From Paraspadella gotoi (taxonomy: Eukaryota > Animalia > Chaetognatha), in NCBI GenBank assembly GCA_051294375.1, contig CM119270.1, positions 19,223,572 through 19,287,571 on the forward strand: a stretch of 64,000 nt of DNA, given 5' to 3'. The notes beneath the pieces were generated by a model that was given only the letters and a program-made list of their open reading frames with translations, made no database searches and had not been told where the DNA came from. This document shows positions 1 to 11,130 of the stretch, piece after piece (the stretch's first letter is position 1; every line of letters begins with the position of its first letter). Both the position numbers and the translations under genes were made by a program.

Positions 1-49
1 TTTCTTAAAGAAATACAAACAAGTTCTTAATTAATATTTCTATTTTTAG

Positions 50-357
50 GTTTTTGACTGGTTAGTCGAAATGCCAGTTGGTCATCCTAAAAATCCCTAT
101 CATACAACTGTCTGGGGAGATTTTTATGAACTCAGCATAAATAGGAGTCTACGTCGTTCTTAGAAATCGAGGAAGACTTTTTCAATGGAGATTTTCACAA
201 CAGCGACCATGCTGAAATGAGACGAGTCGATAATGCGAGACTTCAGATCCAATTCCATCCAAAATCGGAAAACAAAGCTTTAACAGTATTGATTTTATCG
301 ACTTTTGATGCTAGTTTAACAATGTCATCTGACAGAAAAGTGTCAAAAGATTACTAA
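50..357 (+). pseudogene. Polinton/Maverick major capsid protein, C-terminal fragment
   Basis: 160-357 translates LEIEEDFFNGDFHNSDHAEMRRVDNARLQIQFHPKSENKALTVLILSTFDASLTMSSDRKVSKDY*. This fits the Polinton capsid C-terminal pattern (H..x.GN.RL.x.F...T.x.xx..FD..x.I...R.V..DY*). Frameshift near 160, candidate splice acceptor at 48-49, and the protease start follows immediately. Confidence 0.7.
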
Positions 358-374
358 AAAAACAAACAAAAAAC

Positions 375-479
375 ATGAATACTTTGGAAATTGAAAAAAT
401 TCTAACCGAGGACGTCTGTACTAAAAATCTATTTTTGGGAGTTTTTCCCATGAATCGCGTCCCTTCAAAAATTCCCAGT
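375..479 (+). pseudogene. Polinton adenain-like cysteine protease, N-terminal fragment truncated by a repeat end
   Basis: MNTLEIEKILTEDVCTKNLFLGVFPMNRVPSKIP resembles the MNT.QI..IL..D......F.GVFP.D.LP start of Polinton proteases. Similarity stops at 480, before the catalytic His. Confidence 0.7.
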
Positions 480-585
480 AGAGATAGTAAAAGGTCTGTT
501 CTATTGCGAAAAATGCCAAGAATGTTGATGTACATTCCTTTCTGATGACGTCATCACTTCCGGCCACACCCACTACTTCCGGTAT
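480..585 (+). repeat. TIR-like end starting AGAGATAG with GATGACGTCATCACTTCCGG motif
   Basis: About 488-552 is the reverse complement of about 2061-2128. Shares its start and CRE/ETS motif with the ends at 6100 and 34010. Confidence 0.6.
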
Positions 586-1513
586 GGGCAGTGATTTCTA
601 TCGAGGAATTTAGCAAAAAAACCACTTTTTTCAATACTGTTAGAATATTACCAACAAAAATGATTAAATTTTAACTCTAAGACAAAGTTGGCGAGACTAC
701 AGATTAATTAAAATCATCTGCTGCATTTTCTAATCAAGAATCAATATCATTTTTGCTACTTTTAATAAAAAAAATTATGTCCATTTTTGTCCATTTTGAC
801 TTTTGTCTTGAGATTTGAACGCTAAGATCATTGAAGAAAAATTTTTTACTCCGGCTTTTGGGTCCTTCTTATCTTCTTTACCTCTGAGTTGGTTCATTTG
901 CCATTAGTCATCTATTGTTTGCCTATGTATTAATTTTTAAATTGATGAGTAAAAAACTTACATTTTTATATTTTATTACAATTTGTTAAACGAAAATACT
1001 TCAAAATGTCCACAATTCTAATCAAATATTCCCTATTGTTGGTGCTTCTGGTACCTAAAAAATTAGGGCAAAAAATTTAATAGTTTGGCTGCAAAAAATT
1101 TTTAAGCCTACTTTTAATTTGTGAGTATTGTGAGGTGCGTTTATTTTAAACTAAAACTCGGTTTTTGACTTATTTTATAGTTTTAATAGATGAGAAATAT
1201 ACTAAGGTTAACGAATTAAAAAAACCGGCATTCTTTTAAATGTAATGGAAAGCGTCAGTAATTTTTTTCCTCTCAATCGACAGGTTTTTGCGGAAAAAAT
1301 TTCCGCAAAATCTGTCCGATTTTTTTAAATCTGCTTGGCAACCAAAACTTTGAATAAATCATACGCCTACCGAAGTTTTCTCGAAATAAAATTGAGAGAG
1401 AAAACAAGTTTATTTTTGTTTACAAACACGAGTTTTATTTTTGAAATGGACATGTTTGAATCTTTTTCGAGTCTTCTTCAGCGCAGTGTTAATTTTATCA
1501 AACATTATGATGA

Positions 1514-1555
<42 letters not shown>

Positions 1556-2055
1556 GTCCACCAAAGAATTGAGTTATGGATAGTATTGAGGGTGAAAACA
1601 GTTGTAGGACAGGAGTGACTGACTATGACGAATTAAAATAAAATTTAACGCTTATTATGTTGGCGTGAAGAATCAAAATACTTCACACAGATAGAAAGAG
1701 AAAAAGAGAGTCAGAGCGAAAGTTCGAGAAAGAAAGAAACAAGAAAAGCAGTGGAAAACAAAAACAAAGTTTAATAATATAGCGTGCCGGTTTTTTTGCC
1801 TAAGCAGTAGTATATCTAAAAAACGCGACAGATCTTACGAGCAATTTTATCATTAAAAGTTCTTACCATGAAAAATCGTTTTTAGTTTCTTTTAATAAAG
1901 GCTGATACCGTAATTGGAATGAAATCATGTCTTACCCGTATTTGAAAGCATAGAAATTCACCCAGTGAGTTCTATGTTATAAGGAGAAGATAACTAATGC
2001 CAACGTTTTAAGTTTCAATTTCAATGTTGAAATACCCAAATCAAAATCACTGCCT

Positions 2056-2305
2056 ATGACATGACGTCATCGGAAAGGAATGTACATCCGCATTCTCGGC
2101 ATTTTTCGCAATAGAACAGACCTTTTTTTATCCTAACAATTTCTTTTATATTTTTACCGATATGACATGACGTCACCACTTCCGACCACACCCACTACTC
2201 CCGGTATTACACGACGTCATCACTTTAGACACACCCACTACTCTCTGGTATACGACGTCATCAATTTGACTGTACTAACTTCTTTGTATGACATGACGTC
2301 ATCAC
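2056..2305 (-). repeat. Inverted partner of the 480 end plus a cluster of ATGACGTCA/CACTTCCG motifs
   Basis: ATGACGTCATCGGAAAGGAATGTACATC...GCATTTTTCGCAATAGAACAGACCTTTT mirrors 488-552. 2167-2205 is a direct copy of 545-585. Confidence 0.6.
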
Positions 2306-2935
2306 ACAGTCATCGACTCTTTAGCCGCGCCTACGACTTGTTTCGTATGACACGCGTGTGTATTATTGCATTCATAACATATTTGCAATAGTATAGACTG
2401 TCTTTATTCTAACGGCAATCTTTTAATAACTTTATCAAATTGTTTAGTATTTTAGATAATGTCATAGTTTTAAAAAACAAAGTCTTATTTAATATTTAAC
2501 ATGTCTATATAATAAACTAGAAACGTTACTCGAAAATCAAGATCATTTGTTATTAACTCGACTAAGAAAATGTGAAGGCGTAGTCTATCGAAAAGACGAC
2601 ATCGTAAACAAAAGAACATTTATTAGAAAATATAGGACAGCAAAGAAATGGAACTAATAATGGAAATCGAATTGGAACTACGAAGCAAAAAATGCCAACG
2701 GGGAAGCAAGCTTCCCCGGTGGGATTTTTTATTTAGGTATTAAAGTTTGGCGGGTCATGCGAAGCATGGGCCGCCAAACGATTGTGGTTGATTGTGGGCG
2801 ACGTCGTCAAAAGATTGAGTCCTTTGTTTGAGTAATCGCTGCCGTCTTTGTACTTGAAGTGGGAGTGGAAGAGGAGGTTGCAATTGATCGTAATACCGAT
2901 GAAGATGATGATCGATTGTTGTTAATGTGGGCGAG

Positions 2936-3268
2936 TTATTGAAGAGAGTGAGTCCTTTGTTGAGCAATCGTCGTCGTCTTTGTAAATGAAGTGGGAGTAG
3001 AAGAGAAGGTTTTAGTCGTGAATAGGTAGTTTATCGAAGTGACGATTGCCGGCGGCATCGTTGACGTCATTGAGACCTTCGTCGACCTTTTCCAAGGCGG
3101 AATGTCATCGGGACCAATTGTTTCCAACTTTAAGGAAAAAAAAAACCTTTCTTTTACCAATTGAAAGACGAAAAAGATAATAAACAATAGACTTACATCG
3201 TCAGGTCCCAAATCTCCCACGATGCTTGGAATCAAAGAAAAGAAATGAATGATGACAAAGAGATGCAT
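2936..3268 (-). CDS. Thr/Ser-rich mucin-like protein with signal peptide (paralog 1, possibly truncated)
   Basis: Exon 1 (3268-3197) MHLFVIIHFFSLIPSIVGDLGPDD; GT-AG intron 3196-3128; exon 2 LETIGPDDIPPW followed by a Thr-rich tract. A degenerate Thr-rich continuation extends past the stop to about 2740. Confidence 0.6.
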   Translation of the reverse strand: MHLFVIIHFFSLIPSIVGDLGPDDVSLLFIIFFVFQLVKERFFFSLKLETIGPDDIPPWKRSTKVSMTSTMPPAIVTSINYLFTTKTFSSTPTSFTKTTTIAQQRTHSLQ

Positions 3269-3659
3269 CTTTCGAAAATGGCGGAAAAGAGACGCAAAGG
3301 CGGTGGAATGAATGAATGCGAAATGAGAACAATTGAAAATAAAAGATTTGGATTAAAAAGAAACTTAAAAAAACTGTCTGGTGATAAGAAAGAATTATGT
3401 CTTTTGGCCCGCCTCTTATAAAAAATCCTTATCTTTAGATTTTGATCTCTTCTTTAAGATGAACATTCCGCAATGTTCTTTGGGGGAAAAAAGGGTTTAA
3501 ACCTTTACAATTTACTTTGTTGAAATTTTACCATCTAATTTTTTTTTTCTTTTAATCTTTTTTTTTTGTTTGTCGCCCTCGCAGATTTCTCATGCTATAA
3601 AAAGCCTCGTCTTTTTTGATTTTTTCAGATTGTCGGTTTTTTAAGATCATTTTCTTTAT

Positions 3660-5201
3660 ATGGAGGTTGACCAAGACATTGTTACATCTTTAAGTTGTCC
3701 AGTTTGTTTTTTGCATTTTACGACGAAAGATAAAATCTATACCTGCACTCAAGGTGAGAATAGAAAAAAATGTGTGTATTTTGTTTTCTTAAAAATATTT
3801 TTCATTTTCTCATCGATCCAAAAGATCGCTCTTATTAAAGTTTTTTCTCGTTTAAAAACATAAGATTCTCTTTTCCCCTTACCCTGTTAAAAATAGGGCA
3901 CCCCATCTGTTCTCAATGTTTTGAAAAAATTATTTGCAATAAAAGCCCAACCTGCGCAATCTGTCGAAATTCGGTAATTAATATTAAGAAGTTAATGGAA
4001 TAAAATAGAAATATTGTATATGGTTTTTTTATTTAGTTTATAACTTGCTGCGAAATTTGTCATCAGTTTAAATTTACAACATATTCAAGAGGCAGAGCTT
4101 TGGAAGAAGCTATTGCCGTCATTGAAAAAAACAAGTAACACCTCATTAATGATACCCTTATTAATGTTTTTTTTTAAATATTCATATCTGTCTCTATCTC
4201 AGATCTGACATCCAATCTCGTGACTCGACCATTAATTTCTTACAAAGTTCTTTAAGAGAAAATCAATTGGACTTGATTCGTTTAAGAAGAGAAATTAGAC
4301 GCAGAGATGAATTCGAACAAAACCAATGCCCGCAAAAAGGTTAATATTTATGTCTATATTTTTATTTTATATATTTTTATTATCAATGTTTGTAATATTT
4401 AGGCGCTTGGATTTGACATCGAGTCAGGGAGATGATGTAATTCCTATCGATCAATCAATCGTTTTAATCGAAAACGATTTTTTAGCGGACAATGCTGCCA
4501 ATCAGAGTACCGGCAGTGTCTCATCGACGACCGCTAAGAAGCAATGCAAGAGGTAAATGAAAAAAAAATAGATCTCTCTCTGTCTCTGACTTTTTTTTAT
4601 TTTATTTTATTATTTTAAGACCTCAAAATCTGTCTCTACGCCAATCAACCCTACACGAGTCCGATGGATTTGACGACATGCATCGTGGGTCAAAGATGGT
4701 CTTGTCTGACTACTGGGTTCTTTCTCCCTACGTCATTGTCAAGTTCACCGAGGATGAGAGTGGCATTTGGATCTACAAGGAAAGATACGTCACTAATCCT
4801 CATATTGGCCACGGAGATGGATCGGTTACTACGATTGCTTCAAAATCTCGAGCCATCGAACCGGTCACAAAAATTACCGTGAACAAAGAGGAGTCGGAAC
4901 GTCTCATTCATCTGTACGAAACGAAAGCCAAAGACGAGCTGAAGAAAGCTGGAGAGTCTCAGCGACATCGCCGACACTTAACGGCCCGCGTTATGCCGTG
5001 ACGGAGAGTTTGGGAATATCGATGAGCGTCTACAAGACCAAGGACGACTTATCGAAGGTTAACGTGTCCTTGCGTCCATATTTTATGGATCCAAATCTGG
5101 GTTTGCTATTCGTCACGTCTAATTTGGCCGGAATCTCTTTAAGCGCCGATGAATTTCATGGATTGCTTAAATTGATCCAAAAGATTGTCAAAGTGATCTA
5201 A
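3660..5201 (+). CDS. Six-exon gene: C3HC4 RING finger, coiled coil, KRRL motif, tandem PC4-like domains (two single-base frameshifts)
   Basis: Exons 3660-3753, 3897-3973, 4037-4134, 4203-4339, 4403-4552, 4620-5201, all GT-AG. Splicing assembles CPVC..CTQGHPICSQC..CAIC. The C-terminal VSLRPYFMDP..GISLSADEFHGL resembles PC4 IDIREYWMDP..GISLNPEQWSQL. Frameshifts near 4320 and 4960. Confidence 0.75.
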
Positions 5202-5347
5202 AAAAAAAACAAACTCAAAAAGAAACATTAATAATTGTTTATAATTGGGAAATGCCATCTATGTAATCGTTACTATTAAGCTTGCCAAAAAAAATAAAAT
5301 AAAATGCGCGCGCATTATGCTTAATCTTATTATTATTAATATATCAG

Positions 5348-6099
5348 ATGAAAAGAAGAAAAAAAATGGACGACGCCGAGATAGACTTGCTTAAAGAGAA
5401 AGACTTTGTCGATGATTCGTCGAAAGATTTTTGGTTTATGACTCCGGGAGTGGGCGTGAGAGTCTCTTCGCCACCGAGAAGTTATCACAAATCGCATTTT
5501 GGCTTTTTAGCGAAACGTCTCCTTCAGTCTCTCATCGAGGTGGATCGAATCCTTCACGACAATTTTCGCCCGCTCGATCACGCCGCTAACTTGACCGACA
5601 ATCTATCGTCGTCGTCGGAGCGATTCGCCTCAATCTTGGCGAGAGGCAAAGGAAGATGTTTGTAGAACTCTGAGCACCTGCGCGGCGCCCAACCTTCATT
5701 TATTGGGGATGTTTATGGATAGGGCTCTTTACGACGCTACTTTGATGACCGATATTATATCGGGTTTAAAACTAACTCAAAACTATTTTTCTCAAAACAA
5801 TGAAAATAGTCGCCATCTTCCGAAGGAAATGATTGTCATTCTCAGCACCATTGGTTGTGAACTTCATCATTTATGTAAATGGTTCGAACGTTACGACGCC
5901 TGCTTGCCTTTAGCCATTTTGCTAAATGCGGAGGGAAAGATTTGGCGTTATAATGTTATCAGTCATAACAACATCTTTAAGGAGGATAACAAAAATCTTT
6001 TTAATAAGTATCATTTATATTGGCAGAGAGAAGTAAATATTTTGTGTCATGTAAATTCTCCTCACGTTTATTTTTCAGATCCGTATGAGGGTAATTGTA
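5348..6099 (+). pseudogene. Hypothetical element-borne protein, disrupted near 5665-5700
   Basis: Two consecutive protein-like ORFs (5348-5665 and 5703-6152). The last codons run into the terminal repeat. No recognisable domain. Confidence 0.4.
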
Positions 6100-6850
6100 A
6101 GAGAGGGAAATATAGGCGTTCAGACGCAAAAATTCTTGACATACCTATCTGATGACGTCATCACTTCTGGTCATGACGTCATCACTTCCGGTCATGACGT
6201 CATCACTTCCGGTCATGACGTCATCACTTCCGGACATGACGTCATCACTTCTGGGGCATGACGTCATTTGCAGCCTTTGGCTATAACGTCATTGAAACAC
6301 TCCTATATTTTTTCCGTTATGACATCACCACTTAGCATTAAAGACGACGTCACTCTCACTATTTGCTGTAATTTTCTTTCTTGCGACTCTGAGAATGTTT
6401 TATGAAAGATGTCAGATTTTAGGTAATTAGTATTATCTTTTTAGCTAGCTGAATTCGATTTAATAGAAAAGAATTCCATGTATTTCGATTCACACCTAAT
6501 TCAACTGAAGAACTGGATGTTTACTGTCACCCATGGAACTTATGAATTTGAAACATTCGGGATTCTCGAAGAGAATCCCGAATGTTTCATTAAATCCTTT
6601 ATCATTTGTAGAAATTAAATTAAATGAATATTTGAAGGTAAAGATCGAGTTTAATATTTTGTTTTTTTCTTTATCGGTAGCCAGAGACATCACTCGCGAA
6701 TAAAGCGAAATCAAGACAAAAGATAAAGATCGATTATGGATATCAGTGAGACACTGATGGAAGTAGTATAGACAGAAACATTAGGGGATTCTCTTGTGAG
6801 AGAGAATCCCCTAATGTTTCATTAATAAACCTTTATCATTTGTAGACGTT
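6100..6850 (+). repeat. Left terminal inverted repeat (diverged) of a Polinton-like element
   Basis: Starts AGAGAG. 6100-6730 is a diverged reverse complement of about 33060-34010, for example GAGAATGTTTTATGAAAGAT and AATATTTGAAGGTAAAGATCGAGTTTAATATTTTG. Confidence 0.7.
6151..6270 (+). repeat. 21-bp tandem array (ATGACGTCATCACTTCCGGTC), about 5 copies
   Basis: Directly visible. The unit holds the palindrome ATGACGTCAT and ACTTCCGG. Confidence 0.95.
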
Positions 6851-6879
6851 AAACAATCATAATTATTATGACTGTGTAT

Positions 6880-7407
6880 CTATTTTATTTTTTGAACAAT
6901 TATGACACACATGATTGCAATTTTCACATCTAAAAGGATACATATCGAGTATTGTTTCAAATTTATAATACAAGAAATCGATAAATTGTTCAACATTATT
7001 TGTCCTTCGATTTTGAGGCCAGTAAAATCTTCGCTTCTCAGAATGTCATTGTCTTCGTTATCAACCTTTATCAAATTAGGTATAATTTCTAGGGTTGTGT
7101 CATCTTCATCATAATCGTTAGAATGGAAATCGATGAAAAAGTTTTTTTTACTTATACGCATAGTTTCGTCGTCGTCATAATCTCCCGTTTCATCGAATGA
7201 TAACATCTTAGGTTCGTACAAATGGTCGTTAATTATTTTTATATTTTCATTGATGAGACTTTTGTATTCTTGTAAATCGATGATGGTTGAAGTTGTTACA
7301 TGCATTTTGGGATCATTCAGTTCTATCTTTATGATTTTAATCTTTTCATTTTTTAGTCCCACAAAAAACAAGTTTTCGGTTATTTCATATTTTGTTTCTA
7401 ATTCCAT
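6880..7407 (-). CDS. Hypothetical 175-aa protein, possibly divergent PC4-like fold
   Basis: Intact ATG ORF. The beta-strand then IIDLQEYKSL helix pattern loosely recalls PC4. Co-oriented with its neighbours. Confidence 0.5.
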   Translation of the reverse strand: MELETKYEITENLFFVGLKNEKIKIIKIELNDPKMHVTTSTIIDLQEYKSLINENIKIINDHLYEPKMLSFDETGDYDDDETMRISKKNFFIDFHSNDYDEDDTTLEIIPNLIKVDNEDNDILRSEDFTGLKIEGQIMLNNLSISCIINLKQYSICILLDVKIAIMCVIIVQKIK

Positions 7408-7435
7408 CTATTAAAAAATACAAATTATTAAAGCT

Positions 7436-7867
7436 TTATTTGTACAACGACAAAATTGAATCATGAGTATCATAAAAGAATTTTAAAAACGAAATATTTT
7501 TTTCATTTCCTCTGATGGCAATGTCAAATTTGCTTTTATTATCGCCCATCTTGCGAATGAATAGTTTGTTTCCCTCTGAGTTGTCGCCAGATTTTAATAT
7601 TATTTCCATTTTGATTTCATGACCGAATTGTATTTTCACGCTTTGAAGCCATTCTTTTTTTTCAGTCTTTTTTACAAATTTGAGAAGTCTTGATAAGTTT
7701 TCTTTATTCACGTAATTTTTAAATTCTTCTCCCGTCCAACAAATTTTTTTACGAACGCAAAAATTAATGCCAGTTTTTCTAATTTGTTTAATGTAAAGAT
7801 AACCATCATCGTTAGCGCGAAAATGTATTTGGTGACAAATATTTACACGTTCGTTCAATTTCGCCAT
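7436..7867 (-). CDS. Hypothetical basic 143-aa protein, possibly tandem PC4-like
   Basis: Intact ORF with good ATG context (AAGATGG) and TATAAA about 35 nt upstream. Contains LYIKQI..KICWTGEEFKNY. Confidence 0.55.
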   Translation of the reverse strand: MAKLNERVNICHQIHFRANDDGYLYIKQIRKTGINFCVRKKICWTGEEFKNYVNKENLSRLLKFVKKTEKKEWLQSVKIQFGHEIKMEIILKSGDNSEGNKLFIRKMGDNKSKFDIAIRGNEKNISFLKFFYDTHDSILSLYK

Positions 7868-7988
7868 CTTTAATGTTATCTAATTTAATCAAAAATGATT
7901 TATATGGACGTTTTTTTTCTATTTCCTTATATTGTGACTTATCATACATTACTCATAGGTACAAACGTGCCCGTTAGGCGTAACCCAA

Positions 7989-8166
7989 TGATTCATTTCC
8001 TCCACTCCTATAATACGATAATGCATAAATTCTAAAAGGAGTTTATTTACCTCAGGCGTCAACTTCTCTTTCCCCTTTAGCTGCAACACACTGACTCATT
8101 TCCCCACTCCCATAGTTTGATAATGCGATAAAATGTTAAAAGGAGTCTATTTAAACAGGTGTCAAT
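7989..8166. promoter_or_regulatory. Two-copy direct repeat (about 103-bp period) with AP-1-like TGA(C/T)TCA sites
   Basis: TGATTCATTTCCTCCACTCC...GATAATGC...AAAAGGAGTTTATTTA repeats as TGACTCATTTCCCCACTCC...GATAATGC...AAAAGGAGTCTATTTA, upstream of the 7867 gene. Confidence 0.5.
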
Positions 8167-8303
8167 ATCCATTTCGGTTTCTATTTCCCACACCTTAGTA
8201 TAACAGAAGAAGTTTAAAAGACTTTAGATATGAGAATTTATTAAGGGAGTCAGCCATTTTTTCTACTCCACTCCACTCCTTGGGCATACATGCGTCATAA
8301 AAA

Positions 8304-8926
8304 TTAAGTGGCGGTATAGGCGTAGTCCCAACGCAATTCTTCGTCGTTGGGCCTTTCATTGATTTCTTCGAGTTCTGTTGTATGTAAAAGATATATGTAT
8401 GATATAATATTTTTAAAATAAAGTAACGTATATTTTTACCTATATTTTCGTAGACATCATTATCCGTGGGATCATCCACGTTTCTGTACCATCCAACCGC
8501 AATTGATTCATCCCTTGTCTGTAGATCATCTCTAACTCTGTCCATTAACACTCTCACCTCCTGCCCTACTCTTTCGTTGTCGTATTTGTTTATGTAATCT
8601 TCGTCGTTGTCGCTAAAATCATCCCATTCTGCTTCTGGAGGCGCCGCCAACGGAACACGAGGTGGCGGTGGTAAATTTGCTAACATCAAATCCATTTCGT
8701 CTTTATTAACGGGTATCATGATCGCCGGTTGTAGATATTCCTCGGGGTTTAAGTTTGTGATGGTCGTTTCCCCCCTATGACGTCGCATATCCTGAAAGTT
8801 AGGCGTCCTCAGTCGTTTTTTTGCAATGGCTAATAATTTTGTTATTATCCATCCGGTTATCATGAATAGAATAATTGCTTGCAAAATCTTTATGATTCTG
8901 AGATCGTAATCATTTTTCCTGGTCAC
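8304..8926 (-). CDS. Single-pass membrane protein with Tyr- and Pro-motif-rich acidic tail
   Basis: Hydrophobic IIKILQAIILFMITGWIITKLLAIA then KKRLR. The tail has LPPPPRVP, YIN, YDN, YRN and YENI. A GT-AG intron at 8439-8375 gives the C-terminus ELEEINERPNDEELRWDYAYTAT*. The start is uncertain. Confidence 0.65.
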
Positions 8927-8954
8927 GATACAAAAAATGAAATTATATTAGAAC

Positions 8955-9537
8955 TTATTCGTAATGAAAAACAAAATTTAAAATGAGTCGTTGTTGTTGT
9001 TCTCTCCCCCCTTCGAGAGCAACGGCGTCGTCGTCCTTGTTTTTTTCGTTTCGACGACGCCTTTTGTTTTTTTTACCGTCGACGGTGAGAGAGGGAGAGG
9101 GAGGAGGAAGAGGAGGAGGAAGAGAGGAAGGAAGAAGAGTAAGATGGAGAATGGGGGGAGAGAAAGGGAGAAGGATGGCGATAGGTCGACGTCGAAGACG
9201 ACGACGATGACGATGGCAACGTCGCCGACGCGGTCGATGACTTTTCTTCTTACTCTCCTCGACGACAAACTGGTCGCCGCCTCCCGCGGCGAATGGAATT
9301 TCGCCGAGATATTCGGCCACCCCCGAAGCAGCGATGGCGGCGTTTAAGGCGCCTTTGTCTGAGTTTATGTGAGAGAGATTTAACCTCTCTCCAAATCCGG
9401 AGTCCTTGTATAACGCGGCGATGATTTCGTTCGTCGACTTCGCCGTACGCTCGCGCGATTCAAAATTGTCGATGCTGAGGCATCGACTAGAATTTCGTCT
9501 CAACGCCGAGGTTACCGCCGAGGAGACGAATCTGTAA

Positions 9538-9575
<38 letters not shown>

Positions 9576-9901
9576 TAAAAAGAATGTACATCCGAAGAAA
9601 ACGAACTAACGAACGAATAATTACCTCAGAGTTCGAAAATTCCTCGGGTTCGAGGACGAGGGCGGTTCCGTAAGGTCCCATTTCTGATTTCCAAGAACTC
9701 GCCGGATTCCCGCAAACTTCGGAATCGGCCGCTCCTTCGCCGCCGTCACGAAGGGAATCCCCTTATCGCCACCCTGGGGAAAATTCGTCCGTCGATTTCA
9801 AGATGGAAACGACTAGCGACCATCTGTCCTGTATTTTAAACCGCGGCTCCATGCCACCCATTCTCCCGCCGACTCTATTTAGTCTACTCTCGACGTAAGT
9901 A
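8955..9901 (-). pseudogene. 3' part of a tandem PC4-like gene split by the Tc1/mariner element
   Basis: Removing three apparent 1-nt insertions gives GIREFWKSEMGPYGTALVLEPEEFRTLR|FVSSAVTSAL (PC4: DIREYW..GISLNPEQWSQL). The domain opens with RFKIQDRWSLVV. GT-AG intron 9624-9532 has a (TC)n tract. Confidence 0.6.
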
Positions 9902-10739
9902 CGTAACTTTTCTCTAGACTCACGAAGTTCAGGGCTCTCATAACTCTCGAAATATGGGCTAAAATTTCTTTATATTCGAGGATCAGATGCGGGAATAATC
10001 GGTTTATTGCCCACCTGACGGATTTTAAGAAATTTCAAAATTTTGCGCTCCAAGCCCTAAATTTTTTTAAAATTATTTCTCATCTAGTCTTAAAAGTATT
10101 AACCCAAAATAATTAAAATTTTTATTGAAAGTCGTCCTAAGTTGAAGCTATAAAATGACGTAAAAAAATTTAAAAAAATATTTCTAATTTTTATGTTATT
10201 TTGAAAAGTTGTAAAAAAGCTATGATACCATTGTTCCTTTAAAAAGGGTTCAATTTTAAAAATTTTGGATACAAACAATTCTCTCTCTCGTGAGAATGTT
10301 GTAAGATTACTTTATCATTAAAAAAAATTTGTTTAACTAATGAAAATCTTTTTACAATTTGTCAAAAAAAAAGGAAATGCTAAATATATATGTTTAAATC
10401 TGAATTGTCTCAGTACATCCAAAAGTAGAAGCTATACTGATTCTAAATATACTTTCACATTTAAAAAATATTTTTTACAACCAGAGATATTTATTTACAA
10501 AGTGACAAAAAATTGTAAAATCAACCTTTTTTAAAGCTTAATAAAAACTGATGGAATGAATATTATTCAATGAAATTTTGCATTCTAATCCAAATAACCA
10601 ACAATTTTAAGACAACCAAAACTTGCAACCACTCACTTTCCCAAAAAAAAGATATACATTGAAAAAGATATATTTTTTAATTTGAAATCTATTTTTTTTA
10701 ATTTTCAATGAATTTTGATCGTTATTAATTAAAAAATCA

Positions 10740-11130
10740 TAATAGATCAGTCAGTTCCTGGATAATCTATATACTCAATAAGTATTCATTCTGTCGAGAT
10801 CCACAGTTAGAATTATAAAAATAGGCTAATGATTGGTCAAATAAATATGGTAGGTAAATTTTGGAAGAAAATGATTGAATTAATTAAATCTTTTATGTTC
10901 ACCATAAGATAGCCCCTTTTCAAAGTTTTCTTGTTCCAAACGTCTGCCCTCGGCAAAGACAAAAAGAAGGACCCTGTTATGCAACTTACCATAAGGTAAG
11001 GTCGACAGTCTTGAAAATAATCTAACAAAGATAACAAGACCAAAATATTATTTAAGCGCTTTGCTTCATTAATCATTAACGATTCCCCAGTTGTTGTAAA
11101 AGTCTGAAAAATTTTCATCGCTGCTTTTAG
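10740..11130 (-). pseudogene. Possible highly decayed Penelope GIY-YIG endonuclease
   Basis: Fragments across frames: VSC..., GQT, EHKR...KFTYHIYLTNH..FIIL..MN. Many stops and shifts. Confidence 0.3.

Noticed and set aside
8955-9830. Ordinary host exons or captured host cargo
   Set aside because: After indel correction they encode a PC4-like domain continuous with 14745-14918, so they look element-borne.
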